Positions 23,066 to 30,372 of a stretch of DNA of 32,000 bases are shown piece by piece (the stretch's first letter is position 1; each line of letters starts with the position of its first letter). The position numbers were made by a program, and so were the translations under genes. The notes below the pieces were generated by a model that worked only from the letters and a program-made list of their open reading frames with translations, made no database searches and was not told the origin of the DNA. The stretch is from Candidatus Pacearchaeota archaeon. GTDB lineage: Archaea; Nanobdellota; Nanobdellia; Pacearchaeales; UBA284. The stretch covers positions 390,001-422,000 of the forward strand of contig CP061211.1 in NCBI GenBank assembly GCA_026016245.1, read 5' to 3'.

Positions 23066-24070
23066 TTATTTCCAAACTCCTGCTATCTTCTCACCACATT
23101 CAGGACATCTACCGTCAATAAGTCTGTTTTCTTTGATATAAAATCCTTGCCTTATAATAACCGGTTTCTTGCATCCAGGGCAGAAAGTTGTTGAACCTTC
23201 TTTATCAGGGATATTGCCTGTATAAACATATCTCAAACCAGCTTTCATTGCTATTTTTCTTGCCTTAATCACTATTTCAGGCTTTGTTGCTGGAGTTTCT
23301 AACATTTTATAGGTAGGATAAAAGGCTGAGAGATGTAAAGGAACATCAACAGAAAGATTTTCTTTTATCCAATTTATTATTTCAAGAATATTTTTTTCTT
23401 TATCATTATAGCCTGGGATAATCAAATTAGTAAGCTCAAGCCAGATACCTTTCTCATGCATTATTTTTATAGCTTCTTCTACAGGTTTTCTCCAAGCTCC
23501 AGAAAGTTTTTTGTAAAATTCATCACTACCTTTAAAATCAATATTACTTCCATCCAAATATTTACATAATTCTGTGAGTGGTTCTGAATTTATGAATCCA
23601 TTAGTTACAATTGTATTCCTAATCTTTTTTTCTCTTGCCAGTTTTGCTATATCTATCATATACTCAAAAAAAATTGTTGGTTCTGTGTAAGTATAAGATA
23701 TTATATTGACTTCTCTATTAATTGCTTCTTCTATAACTCTTTTTGGGGGCATACTAAAAGAAGCGACTTTTTCTGGTCTGCATTGAGAAATCTCCCAGTT
23801 CTGACAATATAAACAATGTAAATTACAGCCAGCTGTTGCAATGCTTAAAGCTTGTTGTCCTGGAAGGAAATGATATAAAGGTTTTTTTTCTATAGGATCA
23901 AGAGCTATAGAAACAGGTTTTCCATATACAAGACTATAAAGCTTGCCATTAGTATTTTCACGAACACCACAATTTCCTCTGTTTCCTGGCTTGATAACAC
24001 AAAATCTAGGACAGAGCTGACATTGAACTTCCTTGTCTTTTAATTTCTTATAAAAAAGTGCTTCTTTCAT
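23066..24070 (-). CDS. amrS: AmmeMemoRadiSam-system-type radical SAM enzyme (AmrS family; pyruvate-formate-lyase-activase-like)
   Basis: KEVQCQLCPRFCVIKPGNRGNCGVRENTNGKLYSLVYGKPVSIALDPIEKKPLYHFLPGQQALSIATAGCNLHCLYCQNWEISQ carries the N-terminal Cys cluster, the DPIEKKPLYHF hallmark and the CxxxCxxC radical SAM motif (CNLHCLYC). The C-terminus has a zinc ribbon (CPGCKK...CPECGEK). I call the start at the ATG 24070..24068 (MKEALFYKK), 1 nt after the upstream stop. The tracked ATG at 24136 would overlap the upstream gene by 65 nt. Confidence 0.85.
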   Translation of the reverse strand: MKEALFYKKLKDKEVQCQLCPRFCVIKPGNRGNCGVRENTNGKLYSLVYGKPVSIALDPIEKKPLYHFLPGQQALSIATAGCNLHCLYCQNWEISQCRPEKVASFSMPPKRVIEEAINREVNIISYTYTEPTIFFEYMIDIAKLAREKKIRNTIVTNGFINSEPLTELCKYLDGSNIDFKGSDEFYKKLSGAWRKPVEEAIKIMHEKGIWLELTNLIIPGYNDKEKNILEIINWIKENLSVDVPLHLSAFYPTYKMLETPATKPEIVIKARKIAMKAGLRYVYTGNIPDKEGSTTFCPGCKKPVIIRQGFYIKENRLIDGRCPECGEKIAGVWK

Positions 24071-24071
24071 A

Positions 24072-24743
24072 TTATAATTTTTTAGCAATCTCAATTTCAT
24101 AATTAGAGATTGCACATCCTTTGTACTTAGTTGCATAAAGAATAGCCCTTAAAGCGTCTTTAGATTTTGCAGGAAGTTGAATTATTCTTTTTTTGTAAGC
24201 AATAAAACCTAATTCGCTTGAACGAATTATTTTAAAGTTTTTGAAGAAAGAGTAGTTTTCTTCTATTGCCTTAATTTTTTTCTGCAATTTTGTTTCAAGC
24301 AATCTGTGTAGATTTTTAGGAGCCTCACACAACATCCTTGTTGTTCTTTCATCAATAACAATGGCTTTATCTTTTGCATCAATTAGATTAAAGAGGGCAA
24401 GACAAGATGTTTCTCCTTCATGAATTAACCTGATCCATTCACCCTCTGTTTTAAAAGTGTGGTTGGCTATATCAAGAATTTTTTTTGTTTCTCTTTTTAA
24501 GATTTTTGAAGAAGGAATTACTTTTAGAATGCCTTTATTAATAAGAGATTTTATCATTAAAGCTTCTAACATGAATTTCTTTGATTGAAGTGACCTATCT
24601 ATTACCTCTTTTTTTACAGGTTCAGGAATGTAAAATTCCCCTCTAAAAACTCTCTTGAGTGGCTCAAGAATATAAAGCAAGTCATTTAAAGCTAGGGTGA
24701 TTATTGCTCCTGAATCAAAAATAAGGGCTTTTTTAGCTTCCAT
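24072..24743 (-). CDS. PIN-like (DUF3368/COG2405-type) nuclease-fold protein with a C-terminal extension
   Basis: ALIFDSGAIITLALNDLLYILEPLKRVF.GEFYIPEPVKKEV resembles the N-terminal D-S-x-x-I-I-x-L motif of this PIN subfamily. IHEGETSCLALF......AIVIDERTTR supplies the GE...AL and D(D/E)..R acidic motifs. The tracked start is TTG at 24752. I call the ATG at 24743..24741, 1 nt after the upstream stop. Confidence 0.55.
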   Translation of the reverse strand: MEAKKALIFDSGAIITLALNDLLYILEPLKRVFRGEFYIPEPVKKEVIDRSLQSKKFMLEALMIKSLINKGILKVIPSSKILKRETKKILDIANHTFKTEGEWIRLIHEGETSCLALFNLIDAKDKAIVIDERTTRMLCEAPKNLHRLLETKLQKKIKAIEENYSFFKNFKIIRSSELGFIAYKKRIIQLPAKSKDALRAILYATKYKGCAISNYEIEIAKKL

Positions 24744-24744
24744 T

Positions 24745-25323
24745 TTATTCAAAGAGTTTGGATGTAAATTTTATTCTTTCTTTAATTGGCATTGTGAGGC
24801 TAAGAGTAACATCTGGAATTCCTGTTTTACCTATATATTCAGCAAGTTCCCATTGTGTTATGTCAAGAAGACTGGATGTCTCAGATCTAGAGATTCCATG
24901 CTCATATAATCTAGATGCTTTATTTATTTGGGCTATTCTAAAAACATCTTTTATATAATATTTTAAACGTCCACTCAATTCACTTACTGCTTGTCTAATG
25001 TTCTTCATATCTTCATGGAATTCTTTTATTTTATTTTCTTCAAGGTGCTCTATTGCTTTGTTGACATCTTTGCTAATCCTGGAAAAAAATGAGGGCCAAT
25101 CTTTATGTTCAGCATAATCTCTACGCGCAATAATCTTGCTCAAAGCATAGACAGTTACAGCAATAACCACACTTGTAGGATCTTTATGAATAGAAGCGCA
25201 GTGAATTGTCCTATTAGACATCTCCCTAAGAAGCAGGGTATCTTTAGTTTTAAGGGCTTTCCTAGTATTATGCAGAATCATAAGAACATTCTTCTTCTCA
25301 TCCTCTTTTTCAAGTATGCCCAT
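24745..25323 (-). CDS. Helical protein with a C-terminal helix-turn-helix-like segment
   Basis: The C-terminal GISRSETSSLLDITQWELAEYIGKTG looks like an HTH. The tracked start is TTG at 25338. The ATG at 25323..25321 (MGILEKED...) lies about 24 nt downstream of a TATA-like box, so I call that start. Confidence 0.55.
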   Translation of the reverse strand: MGILEKEDEKKNVLMILHNTRKALKTKDTLLLREMSNRTIHCASIHKDPTSVVIAVTVYALSKIIARRDYAEHKDWPSFFSRISKDVNKAIEHLEENKIKEFHEDMKNIRQAVSELSGRLKYYIKDVFRIAQINKASRLYEHGISRSETSSLLDITQWELAEYIGKTGIPDVTLSLTMPIKERIKFTSKLFE

Positions 25324-25339
25324 ATTCTTAGTGAACAAA

Positions 25340-25353
25340 TAATTTATTTAAAG
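25340..25353 (-). promoter_or_regulatory. TATA-like box for the HTH / PIN-like / amrS transcription unit
   Basis: The + strand reads taatttatttaaag (minus strand ctttaaataaatta), centred about 24 nt upstream of the ATG at 25323, in the divergent region shared with proS. Confidence 0.45.
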
Positions 25354-25373
25354 GTTTCTGAAAAATGATTAAA

Positions 25374-25388
25374 AAAGTTTAAAAGATA
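25374..25388 (+). promoter_or_regulatory. TATA-like box for proS
   Basis: aaagtttaaaagata is centred about 33 nt upstream of the ATG at 25414. Confidence 0.4.
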
Positions 25389-25413
25389 ACGTACCTTAAA
25401 ATAAAATAAGAAT

Positions 25414-26865
25414 ATGGTAAAAAAGAAGGTAAATAAAACTAAGAAAGAATTAGGCATCAAGGCAGAAAAAGATGAGTATAGTGAGTGGTATACACAAGCA
25501 ATTATAAAAGCAGATTTAGTTGATTACAGCCCTGTTTCTGGATGTCATATTCTCAAGCCTTATGGTTATGCTATATGGGAAATTATAAAGGAGGAAACAG
25601 ACAAGAGATTCAAGAAGTTAGGAATAGAGAATGTTTATTTTCCCCTGTTTATTCCAGAATCTCTCCTAAAGAAAGAGGCAGCACATCTAAAAGGATTTTC
25701 TCCAGAAGTAGCTTGGGTAACTGAAGCTGGAAAAAGAAAGTTACAGGAAAGATTGGCAATCAGACCAACCTCTGAAACCATAATGTACAGTTCATATGCT
25801 AAATGGATAAGAAGCTGGAGAGATTTGCCTTTGAAATATAACCAATGGAATAATATTGTAAGGTGGGAATTTAAGCATCCTATCCCTTTTCTCAGAACTA
25901 GAGAATTTTTATGGAATGAGGGCCATACAGTCTATGCTACAAAAGAAGAGGCATTAAGAGAAGAGAAACAAATCTTAGGAATTTATAATGAAATCTTAAT
26001 AAATTATATGGCTATAGCAGGTTTTGTTAGCAGAAAAACAGAATCAGAAAAATTTGCTGGAGCTGAATTTACAAAAGCAATAGAATGTCTGCTTCCAAAT
26101 GGCCGTGTAGTGCAAGGACCTGATTTTCATTATGACGGACAGATATTTGCCAAAGCATTCAATATACAATTTCTGAACAAACAAGGTAAAAAAGAGTATG
26201 TATGGCAGAATACTTGGGCAATAACAACAAGAATGATAGGAATTATGTTAGCAATCCATGGAGATGATAAAGGCCTTATTATTCCACCAAGAGTTGCTCC
26301 TATTCAAATTGTTATAATTCCTATTTTTAGGACAAAAGATAAGGTAAAAGTTCTAAAGAAAGCACAAGAATTAGATAAGAAACTAAAATTCAAAACTTTT
26401 CTAGATGATAGAGAGGAATATAGTCCTGGTTACAAATTCAATGATTGGGAAATGAAAGGTATTCCATTAAGAATAGAAATTGGGCCTAGAGATATTGCAA
26501 AAAATCAGGTTATAGTAGTGAGAAGAGATACAGGAAAGAAAGAAGTAGTGAAGTTAAAAAATCTGGATAAAGAACTTATTAAAATTCTAGATGATATTCA
26601 TAAAAATTTGCTCAAAAGATCTGAAGAGATGCTCAAAAAAGGAACTATAACAGCAAAAAATATGCTAGCATTAATTAAAGCTATCAAAAATAAAAAATTA
26701 GTTATCAGTGAATGGTGTGGAGGTAAAGAATGTGAGGATTGGATTAAAGCTAAAACAGCTGGAGCTAAAATCATAGGTATAAATGAGCAAGCTATAGCAA
26801 AAGGAAAATGTATTTATTGTGGTAAAAAAGCCAAATATGTTGTATGGATAGCTAAAACTTACTGA
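25414..26865 (+). CDS. proS: Prolyl-tRNA synthetase, archaeal/eukaryotic type
   Basis: YSEWYTQAIIKADLVDYSPVSGCHILKPYGYAIWE, LAIRPTSETIMYSSYAKWIRSWRDLPLKYNQWNNIVRWE and FLRTREFLWNEGHTVYATKEEA are class II ProRS motifs. The C-terminal Zn-binding-like region SEWCGGKECEDWIK...KCIYCGKKAKYVVWIAKTY ends in Tyr, as is typical for this type. Confidence 0.93.
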   Translation: MVKKKVNKTKKELGIKAEKDEYSEWYTQAIIKADLVDYSPVSGCHILKPYGYAIWEIIKEETDKRFKKLGIENVYFPLFIPESLLKKEAAHLKGFSPEVAWVTEAGKRKLQERLAIRPTSETIMYSSYAKWIRSWRDLPLKYNQWNNIVRWEFKHPIPFLRTREFLWNEGHTVYATKEEALREEKQILGIYNEILINYMAIAGFVSRKTESEKFAGAEFTKAIECLLPNGRVVQGPDFHYDGQIFAKAFNIQFLNKQGKKEYVWQNTWAITTRMIGIMLAIHGDDKGLIIPPRVAPIQIVIIPIFRTKDKVKVLKKAQELDKKLKFKTFLDDREEYSPGYKFNDWEMKGIPLRIEIGPRDIAKNQVIVVRRDTGKKEVVKLKNLDKELIKILDDIHKNLLKRSEEMLKKGTITAKNMLALIKAIKNKKLVISEWCGGKECEDWIKAKTAGAKIIGINEQAIAKGKCIYCGKKAKYVVWIAKTY

Positions 26866-26869
26866 TAAA

Positions 26870-27157
26870 ATGAAAAGTAAACAAATTGTTATATTGATTG
26901 CAATCTTGAGTATTATTATAATTCTAGCATGGTTTTTTTGGCCTTCAATATCAGAACAAACATGTGAACAAAAATGCAAAAGTTTAGGGTATGAAACAGG
27001 GATTTGTAGAAGTCATGCTGTAGTGCCTAATATGACAATATGTGAAGAAAATGAGATAAGTATAGGGCAGACAAGAGATTGTACAGCAGTTAAAAAATTT
27101 GGCAGAGTAATTTATAACGTAGTTATTGGGGTTGGAAAAACTTGTTGTTGTAGTTAA
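26870..27157 (+). CDS. Small N-terminally anchored or secreted cysteine-rich protein (95 aa, 8 Cys in the mature part)
   Basis: Hydrophobic N-terminus MKSKQIVILIAILSIIIILAWFFWP, then CEQKCKSLGYETGICRSHAVVPNMTICEENEISIGQTRDCTAVKKFGRVIYNVVIGVGKTCCCS. It is wedged 4 nt after the proS stop and 2 nt before the bud32 start. Confidence 0.6.
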   Translation: MKSKQIVILIAILSIIIILAWFFWPSISEQTCEQKCKSLGYETGICRSHAVVPNMTICEENEISIGQTRDCTAVKKFGRVIYNVVIGVGKTCCCS

Positions 27158-27159
27158 AA

Positions 27160-27819
27160 ATGAAAGAAAAAATCATAGGCAGAGGAGCAGAAGCTTTATT
27201 AATAAAGAGGGGAAATTTACTTCTTAAGAGAAGGATTAAAAAAGGCTACAGGCACGGGAGGCTTGATTGGATGTTAAGAGCAAGCAGAACAAGAAGGGAG
27301 GCTAGAATCTTAAGAAAATCAGCTTCTGTAATTAATGTGCCCATGGTCAAGGCAATTGATGGCATGTCAAGAAGATCGCTTGAGCCAGAAACAGAAATTG
27401 AAATGGAGTTTATTCAAGGTAAGCTCTTGAGTGAATGGCTTGATAAAGTTCCTTTGATTAACGCTTTGAATGTTTGTGAAAAAATAGGCCAGAATACAGC
27501 TTTGATACATGATATTGATATTATCCATGGAGATCTGACTACTAGTAACATGATTCTAAAAGGCCAAAATTTGTATTTTATTGACTTTGGACTTGGATTT
27601 CATTCATCAAGAGTAGAGGATAGAGCAGTAGATTTGCATCTTTTAAGAGAAGCATTAGAATCAAAACATTTTAGGAAAGGGGAGGATTATTTTAGAGCTG
27701 TAATTAAAGGATATAAAACTTCTAAGAAAGCGAGTTTAATTATAGAAAGAATTAAAAAGGTTGAAGCCCGTGGAAGATATAAGGGAAAGGTTAAGGGTAA
27801 TGAACTATTAATTCCATAA
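27160..27819 (+). CDS. bud32: Kae1-associated kinase Bud32 (KEOPS subunit), stand-alone form
   Basis: IGRGAEALLIK, RTRREARILRKS, IIHGDLTTSNMIL, YFIDFGLG and VEDRAVDLHLL are characteristic Bud32/RIO-type motifs. The size (219 aa) fits the family. Confidence 0.88.
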   Translation: MKEKIIGRGAEALLIKRGNLLLKRRIKKGYRHGRLDWMLRASRTRREARILRKSASVINVPMVKAIDGMSRRSLEPETEIEMEFIQGKLLSEWLDKVPLINALNVCEKIGQNTALIHDIDIIHGDLTTSNMILKGQNLYFIDFGLGFHSSRVEDRAVDLHLLREALESKHFRKGEDYFRAVIKGYKTSKKASLIIERIKKVEARGRYKGKVKGNELLIP

Positions 27820-27852
27820 ACTTTATACACATTCACGCTAAAATTTAATACA

Positions 27853-28044
27853 ATGGGCCGAGTGAAATCATTATCTATCAAAAGAACAACAAGAAAATTA
27901 CTAGAGAAACATCCAAATCTATTTACAGATGATTTTGAGAAAAATAAAAAGATTTTAGATGAAATACTAGAAATAAATAAAAGAACAAAGAATAGTATTG
28001 CTGGATATATCACAAGATTAGTCAAAAAAGAAAAAAATAAATAA
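27853..28044 (+). CDS. rps17e: 30S ribosomal protein eS17 (S17e)
   Basis: MGRVKSLSIKRTTRKLLEKHPNLFTDDFEKNKKILDEI...NSIAGYITRLVKK matches the conserved eS17 N-terminal pattern (MG.V....IKR....L.E.....FT.DFE.NK). Confidence 0.88.
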   Translation: MGRVKSLSIKRTTRKLLEKHPNLFTDDFEKNKKILDEILEINKRTKNSIAGYITRLVKKEKNK

Positions 28045-28090
28045 GTTATGCTAAGCTTAGCTTAGAAACAGAAAACAAAAGACAAAATTT

Positions 28091-28096
28091 GGAGGT
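28091..28096 (+). promoter_or_regulatory. Shine-Dalgarno-like GGAGGT upstream of albA
   Basis: ggaggt lies 12 nt upstream of the ATG at 28109. This was the only clear SD-like motif among the starts I inspected, so albA may not be leaderless. Confidence 0.4.
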
Positions 28097-28108
28097 AAAA
28101 TAAACAAA

Positions 28109-28402
28109 ATGGCTGAAAGAACAGAAGAAAACATTGTTTTTATTGGAGGAAAACCTTTTATGAACTATGTTACTGGTGTAGTGATGCAATTTACAACTAA
28201 GGGAGCTAAGGAAGTTACAATTAAGGCAAGAGGTAAGTTCATTGCAAGAGCAGTTGATGTGGCAGAAGTAGCAACAAAACGTTTCCTTAAAGAACAGGGA
28301 ATTGAAGTGAAGGACATAAAAATTAACAGTGAGGAATTTGAAAACAAGGAAGGTAAAAAGGTCAATGTTTCAACAATAGACATCATTTTAGTAAAGAAAT
28401 AA
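28109..28402 (+). CDS. albA: Alba (Sac10b family) DNA/RNA-binding chromatin protein
   Basis: [54 protein letters not shown]...[11 protein letters not shown] is a full-length Alba pattern (97 aa). Confidence 0.9.
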   Translation: MAERTEENIVFIGGKPFMNYVTGVVMQFTTKGAKEVTIKARGKFIARAVDVAEVATKRFLKEQGIEVKDIKINSEEFENKEGKKVNVSTIDIILVKK

Positions 28403-28408
28403 GGTCAG

Positions 28409-28430
28409 TTTTTCTTTTCTTTTTTAATTT
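28409..28430 (+). terminator. Oligo-T tract downstream of albA (candidate archaeal intrinsic terminator)
   Basis: tttttcttttcttttttaattt begins 7 nt after the albA TAA. Archaeal RNA polymerase terminates at T-runs. Confidence 0.35.
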
Positions 28431-28634
28431 TTATTTTTCATGCAAGATACTTAGTCCTACAAATATAGCTATCAGAATAAGTACTATCCAAATTAACGTC
28501 CATGCAGAAAAAACACTACCTATGACTGCTCCTGTTATTGTTGCATTAAAAGAGATAATCAAAAAGACAAAGAAAGTAATCACTATAGCCAAAATCAACA
28601 AAAGTATTGGGAATTTTTTATCTCTATTTTTCAT
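28431..28634 (-). CDS. Small membrane protein (67 aa, two predicted TM helices)
   Basis: MKNRDKKFPILLLILAIVITFFVFLIISF...VFSAWTLIWIVLILIAIFVGLSIL. ATG start and TAA stop. It lies 10 nt downstream of the co-oriented tRNA (CAU anticodon). Confidence 0.5.
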   Translation of the reverse strand: MKNRDKKFPILLLILAIVITFFVFLIISFNATITGAVIGSVFSAWTLIWIVLILIAIFVGLSILHEK

Positions 28635-28644
28635 TTTTAAAAAA

Positions 28645-28718
28645 TGCCGGTGAGGAGATTTGAACTCCTGACCCCGAGCTTATGAGACTCGTGCTCTAAC
28701 CAACTGAGCTACACCGGC
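28645..28718 (-). tRNA. tRNA-Met(CAU): tRNA with CAU anticodon (elongator tRNA-Met, or tRNA-Ile2 if C34 is modified); no encoded CCA
   Basis: The reverse complement folds by hand into a cloverleaf: GCCGGTG TA GCTC AGTTGGTTA GAGC A CGAGT CTCATAA GCTCG GGGTC AGGAG TTCAAAT CTCCT CACCGGC A. G1:C72 argues against an archaeal initiator, which has A1:U72. Confidence 0.9.
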
Positions 28719-28752
28719 TCAAGAATACAAAACAGGGGAAATTTAAAAATCT

Positions 28753-29562
28753 TTAGTAATTATAATAAAGAACTAATTTCTCGTCGGAATCTCGTAAAAA
28801 TAAGCTATCTCCATCATTATTCCAGACAACAGGACATTTTCCTCCTCTATTCCAGTAAAGGTCTGTTTCATTATCATTGCCAGAGCCGCTGTGTAGTGTA
28901 AATGAAGCACCTGAACTCAAAATAAAATCTTCAAATGTATAGACATGTCTAGCAGAATCTTTTATTATCCAGCCGTTCATATTAATATCATCACAGCCAT
29001 TCTTAATAATAACATACTCTTCATTAGGAATTTCACAATCACTACCTTCAGGATCATAATTGAATTCTTTTATAGAAAAGCAGCCAAAAAATGAACTTTT
29101 TTCAAACAAGCAGCCTTCTGTCTTTTCTATTGTAGATTCAAAAATAGATTTATATTTCATATTTGGCTCAATAATAAGAAGAGCAGCTAATCCTTCATCT
29201 ATCAATATTAAATTTACAAAATCATCATAATTTTCTGGATTTGTATTATATCCAAGAAAAATATATCTCAATTTTCTGTCATATTGATCTGTATTTTGCA
29301 TATCTCTTTCTAACCACACAGTTTTATTTTCCACTAATTCCTTTAATCTTTCTTTTGCTTCTTCATAACATCTCTCACCTTTTTCTGCTGTATTAATATG
29401 TAATAGTCTTATTGTATCACCATTTTCTAATTTTACTGTATCTCCATCGATAACTTCAATAACTTTGGCTGATTCAAGAATTCTTTTGCTTGTTGTTGGT
29501 TCTTGGATACAGCCAGAAATGAATAAGATACAAACGAGAAAGATTAATATTATTTTTTTCAT
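28753..29562 (-). CDS. Lipobox-anchored extracellular nuclease: staphylococcal-nuclease (SNase/thermonuclease) domain fused to a C-terminal lamin-tail domain
   Basis: Signal plus lipobox MKKIILIFLVCILFISGC. SNase motifs VIDGDTVKLENGDTIRLLHINTAEKGE...DQYDRKLRYIF...LIDEGLA. LTD FNYDPEGSDCEIPNEEYVIIKNGCDDINMNGWIIKD...FTLHSGSG...VWNNDGDSLFLRDSDEKLV. The start overlaps the upstream stop (ATGA). Confidence 0.85.
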   Translation of the reverse strand: MKKIILIFLVCILFISGCIQEPTTSKRILESAKVIEVIDGDTVKLENGDTIRLLHINTAEKGERCYEEAKERLKELVENKTVWLERDMQNTDQYDRKLRYIFLGYNTNPENYDDFVNLILIDEGLAALLIIEPNMKYKSIFESTIEKTEGCLFEKSSFFGCFSIKEFNYDPEGSDCEIPNEEYVIIKNGCDDINMNGWIIKDSARHVYTFEDFILSSGASFTLHSGSGNDNETDLYWNRGGKCPVVWNNDGDSLFLRDSDEKLVLYYNY

Positions 29563-30212
29563 TTTTTTGAAAGTTCTCTTAGAGCATCATTAGCAATCCA
29601 CTTAGCTGTTCTAGAATCTTTTTTTAAGATTTCTTTTGTTGTTTTGATTGCTTCTTTTTTCAATTGAGAATTTCTCTTACCAATCTGTCTTAAAGCCCAA
29701 TTAACTGCTTTCTTTACAAAATTTCTTTCATCAATAGATTCTTTTTTAATTATTAGTAGAAATCGAATGAATTTTTTATTTTCTGCTTTTTTATCCTTCC
29801 AAGCAAGACAAGCCATTAAAGCAAATCCAGCTCTTTTTTCAAACTCTTTTTTTCTTTTTGACCACTCCATTGCTTTTTCGTATGCACATGGGAGTTGATA
29901 AAAAAGATTCATACATGTTTGATCACAGACATCCCAAGAATCAAAATCTTTAATCCATAAATCCATCTGCTTTTCTGTAACTTTTTTTGGCTCATCAATA
30001 ATACTAGCTAAAATCCTTGCTTCATGAATTCTTGATTTCCATAACTTTAGTGCTAGTTCATGATTTTTACCTATCTTTTTACCAAGGTTTCTAATATTTG
30101 GCATTGAGATTCCAAGCATAGTTTCTCCTTTAATCCCAAATTGCTTCATACCTTCTATATTTTTTGGATTTCTAAATTTCTTTAATTCTTTAATAATTTG
30201 TTCATATTTCAT
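29559..30212 (-). CDS. DNA alkylation repair protein (AlkD/AlkC-like HEAT-repeat glycosylase family)
   Basis: MKYEQIIKELKKFRNPKNIEGMKQFGIKGETMLGISMPNIRNLGKKIGKNHELALKLWKSRIHEARILA...FDSWDVCDQTC...FVKKAVNWALRQIGKRN matches this family along its whole length. The tracked start at 30248 runs through the tRNA-Arg gene, so I call the ATG at 30212..30210, 6 nt from the tRNA 3' end. Confidence 0.8.
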   Translation of the reverse strand: MKYEQIIKELKKFRNPKNIEGMKQFGIKGETMLGISMPNIRNLGKKIGKNHELALKLWKSRIHEARILASIIDEPKKVTEKQMDLWIKDFDSWDVCDQTCMNLFYQLPCAYEKAMEWSKRKKEFEKRAGFALMACLAWKDKKAENKKFIRFLLIIKKESIDERNFVKKAVNWALRQIGKRNSQLKKEAIKTTKEILKKDSRTAKWIANDALRELSKK

Positions 30213-30218
30213 TTGAAA

Positions 30219-30290
30219 TGCCCCCACGCGGACTCGAACCGCGATCACCGGCTCCGCAAGCCAGCAGTCTATCCATTAACCTATAGGGGC
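30219..30290 (-). tRNA. tRNA-Arg(GCG): tRNA-Arg (anticodon GCG); no encoded CCA
   Basis: The reverse complement folds by hand: GCCCCTA TA GGTT AATGGATA GACT G CTGGC TTGCGGA GCCGG TGAT CGCGG TTCGAGT CCGCG TGGGGGC A. All four arms pair, including G-U pairs in the acceptor, D and anticodon stems. Confidence 0.88.
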
Positions 30291-30372
30291 CAAAATAAAA
30301 AAGAAGAGAGAATTAAAAAAGCTTTGGACTTTTGTAATTTTCTGAAAAGAAAAATTAGAGGGGATAACTGAG

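Noticed and set aside
24071-24136. 22-residue N-terminal extension of the radical SAM ORF, overlapping the PIN-like gene by 65 nt
   Set aside because: The internal ATG at 24070 gives the family-typical N-terminus just before the first Cys cluster, and it sits 1 nt after the upstream stop.
28050-28061. Perfect 12-nt palindrome gctaagcttagc just downstream of rps17e
   Set aside because: It is too short and has no loop, so it cannot be called a terminator hairpin or operator with any confidence. A palindrome of this length can arise by chance.
47-28386. The other short ORFs in the track: 47..247, 566..766, 4137..4355, 4887..5099, 5237..5449, 8328..8573, 8652..8927, 9063..9314, 10277..10956, 11163..11351, 14733..14972, 16112..16826, 22438..22716, 24697..24958, 25105..25368, 25542..25724, 26698..26979, 27687..28025, 28165..28386
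   Set aside because: Each lies antisense to, or in an alternative frame of, a longer ORF with domain-level support. Their products are low-complexity (Ile/Phe/Ser/Leu-rich), as expected from AT-rich antisense sequence.
30213-30248. N-terminal extension (MIAVRVRVGAFQ) of the AlkD-like ORF
   Set aside because: The extension is the reverse translation of the tRNA-Arg T-arm and acceptor region. The family-typical N-terminus begins at the ATG at 30212.
28645-30290. The two-gene cassette flanked by two tRNAs as an integrated mobile element
   Set aside because: There is no integrase or recombinase and no duplicated tRNA 3' fragment acting as an att-like direct repeat. I saw no compositional break, and both genes are ordinary cellular functions.
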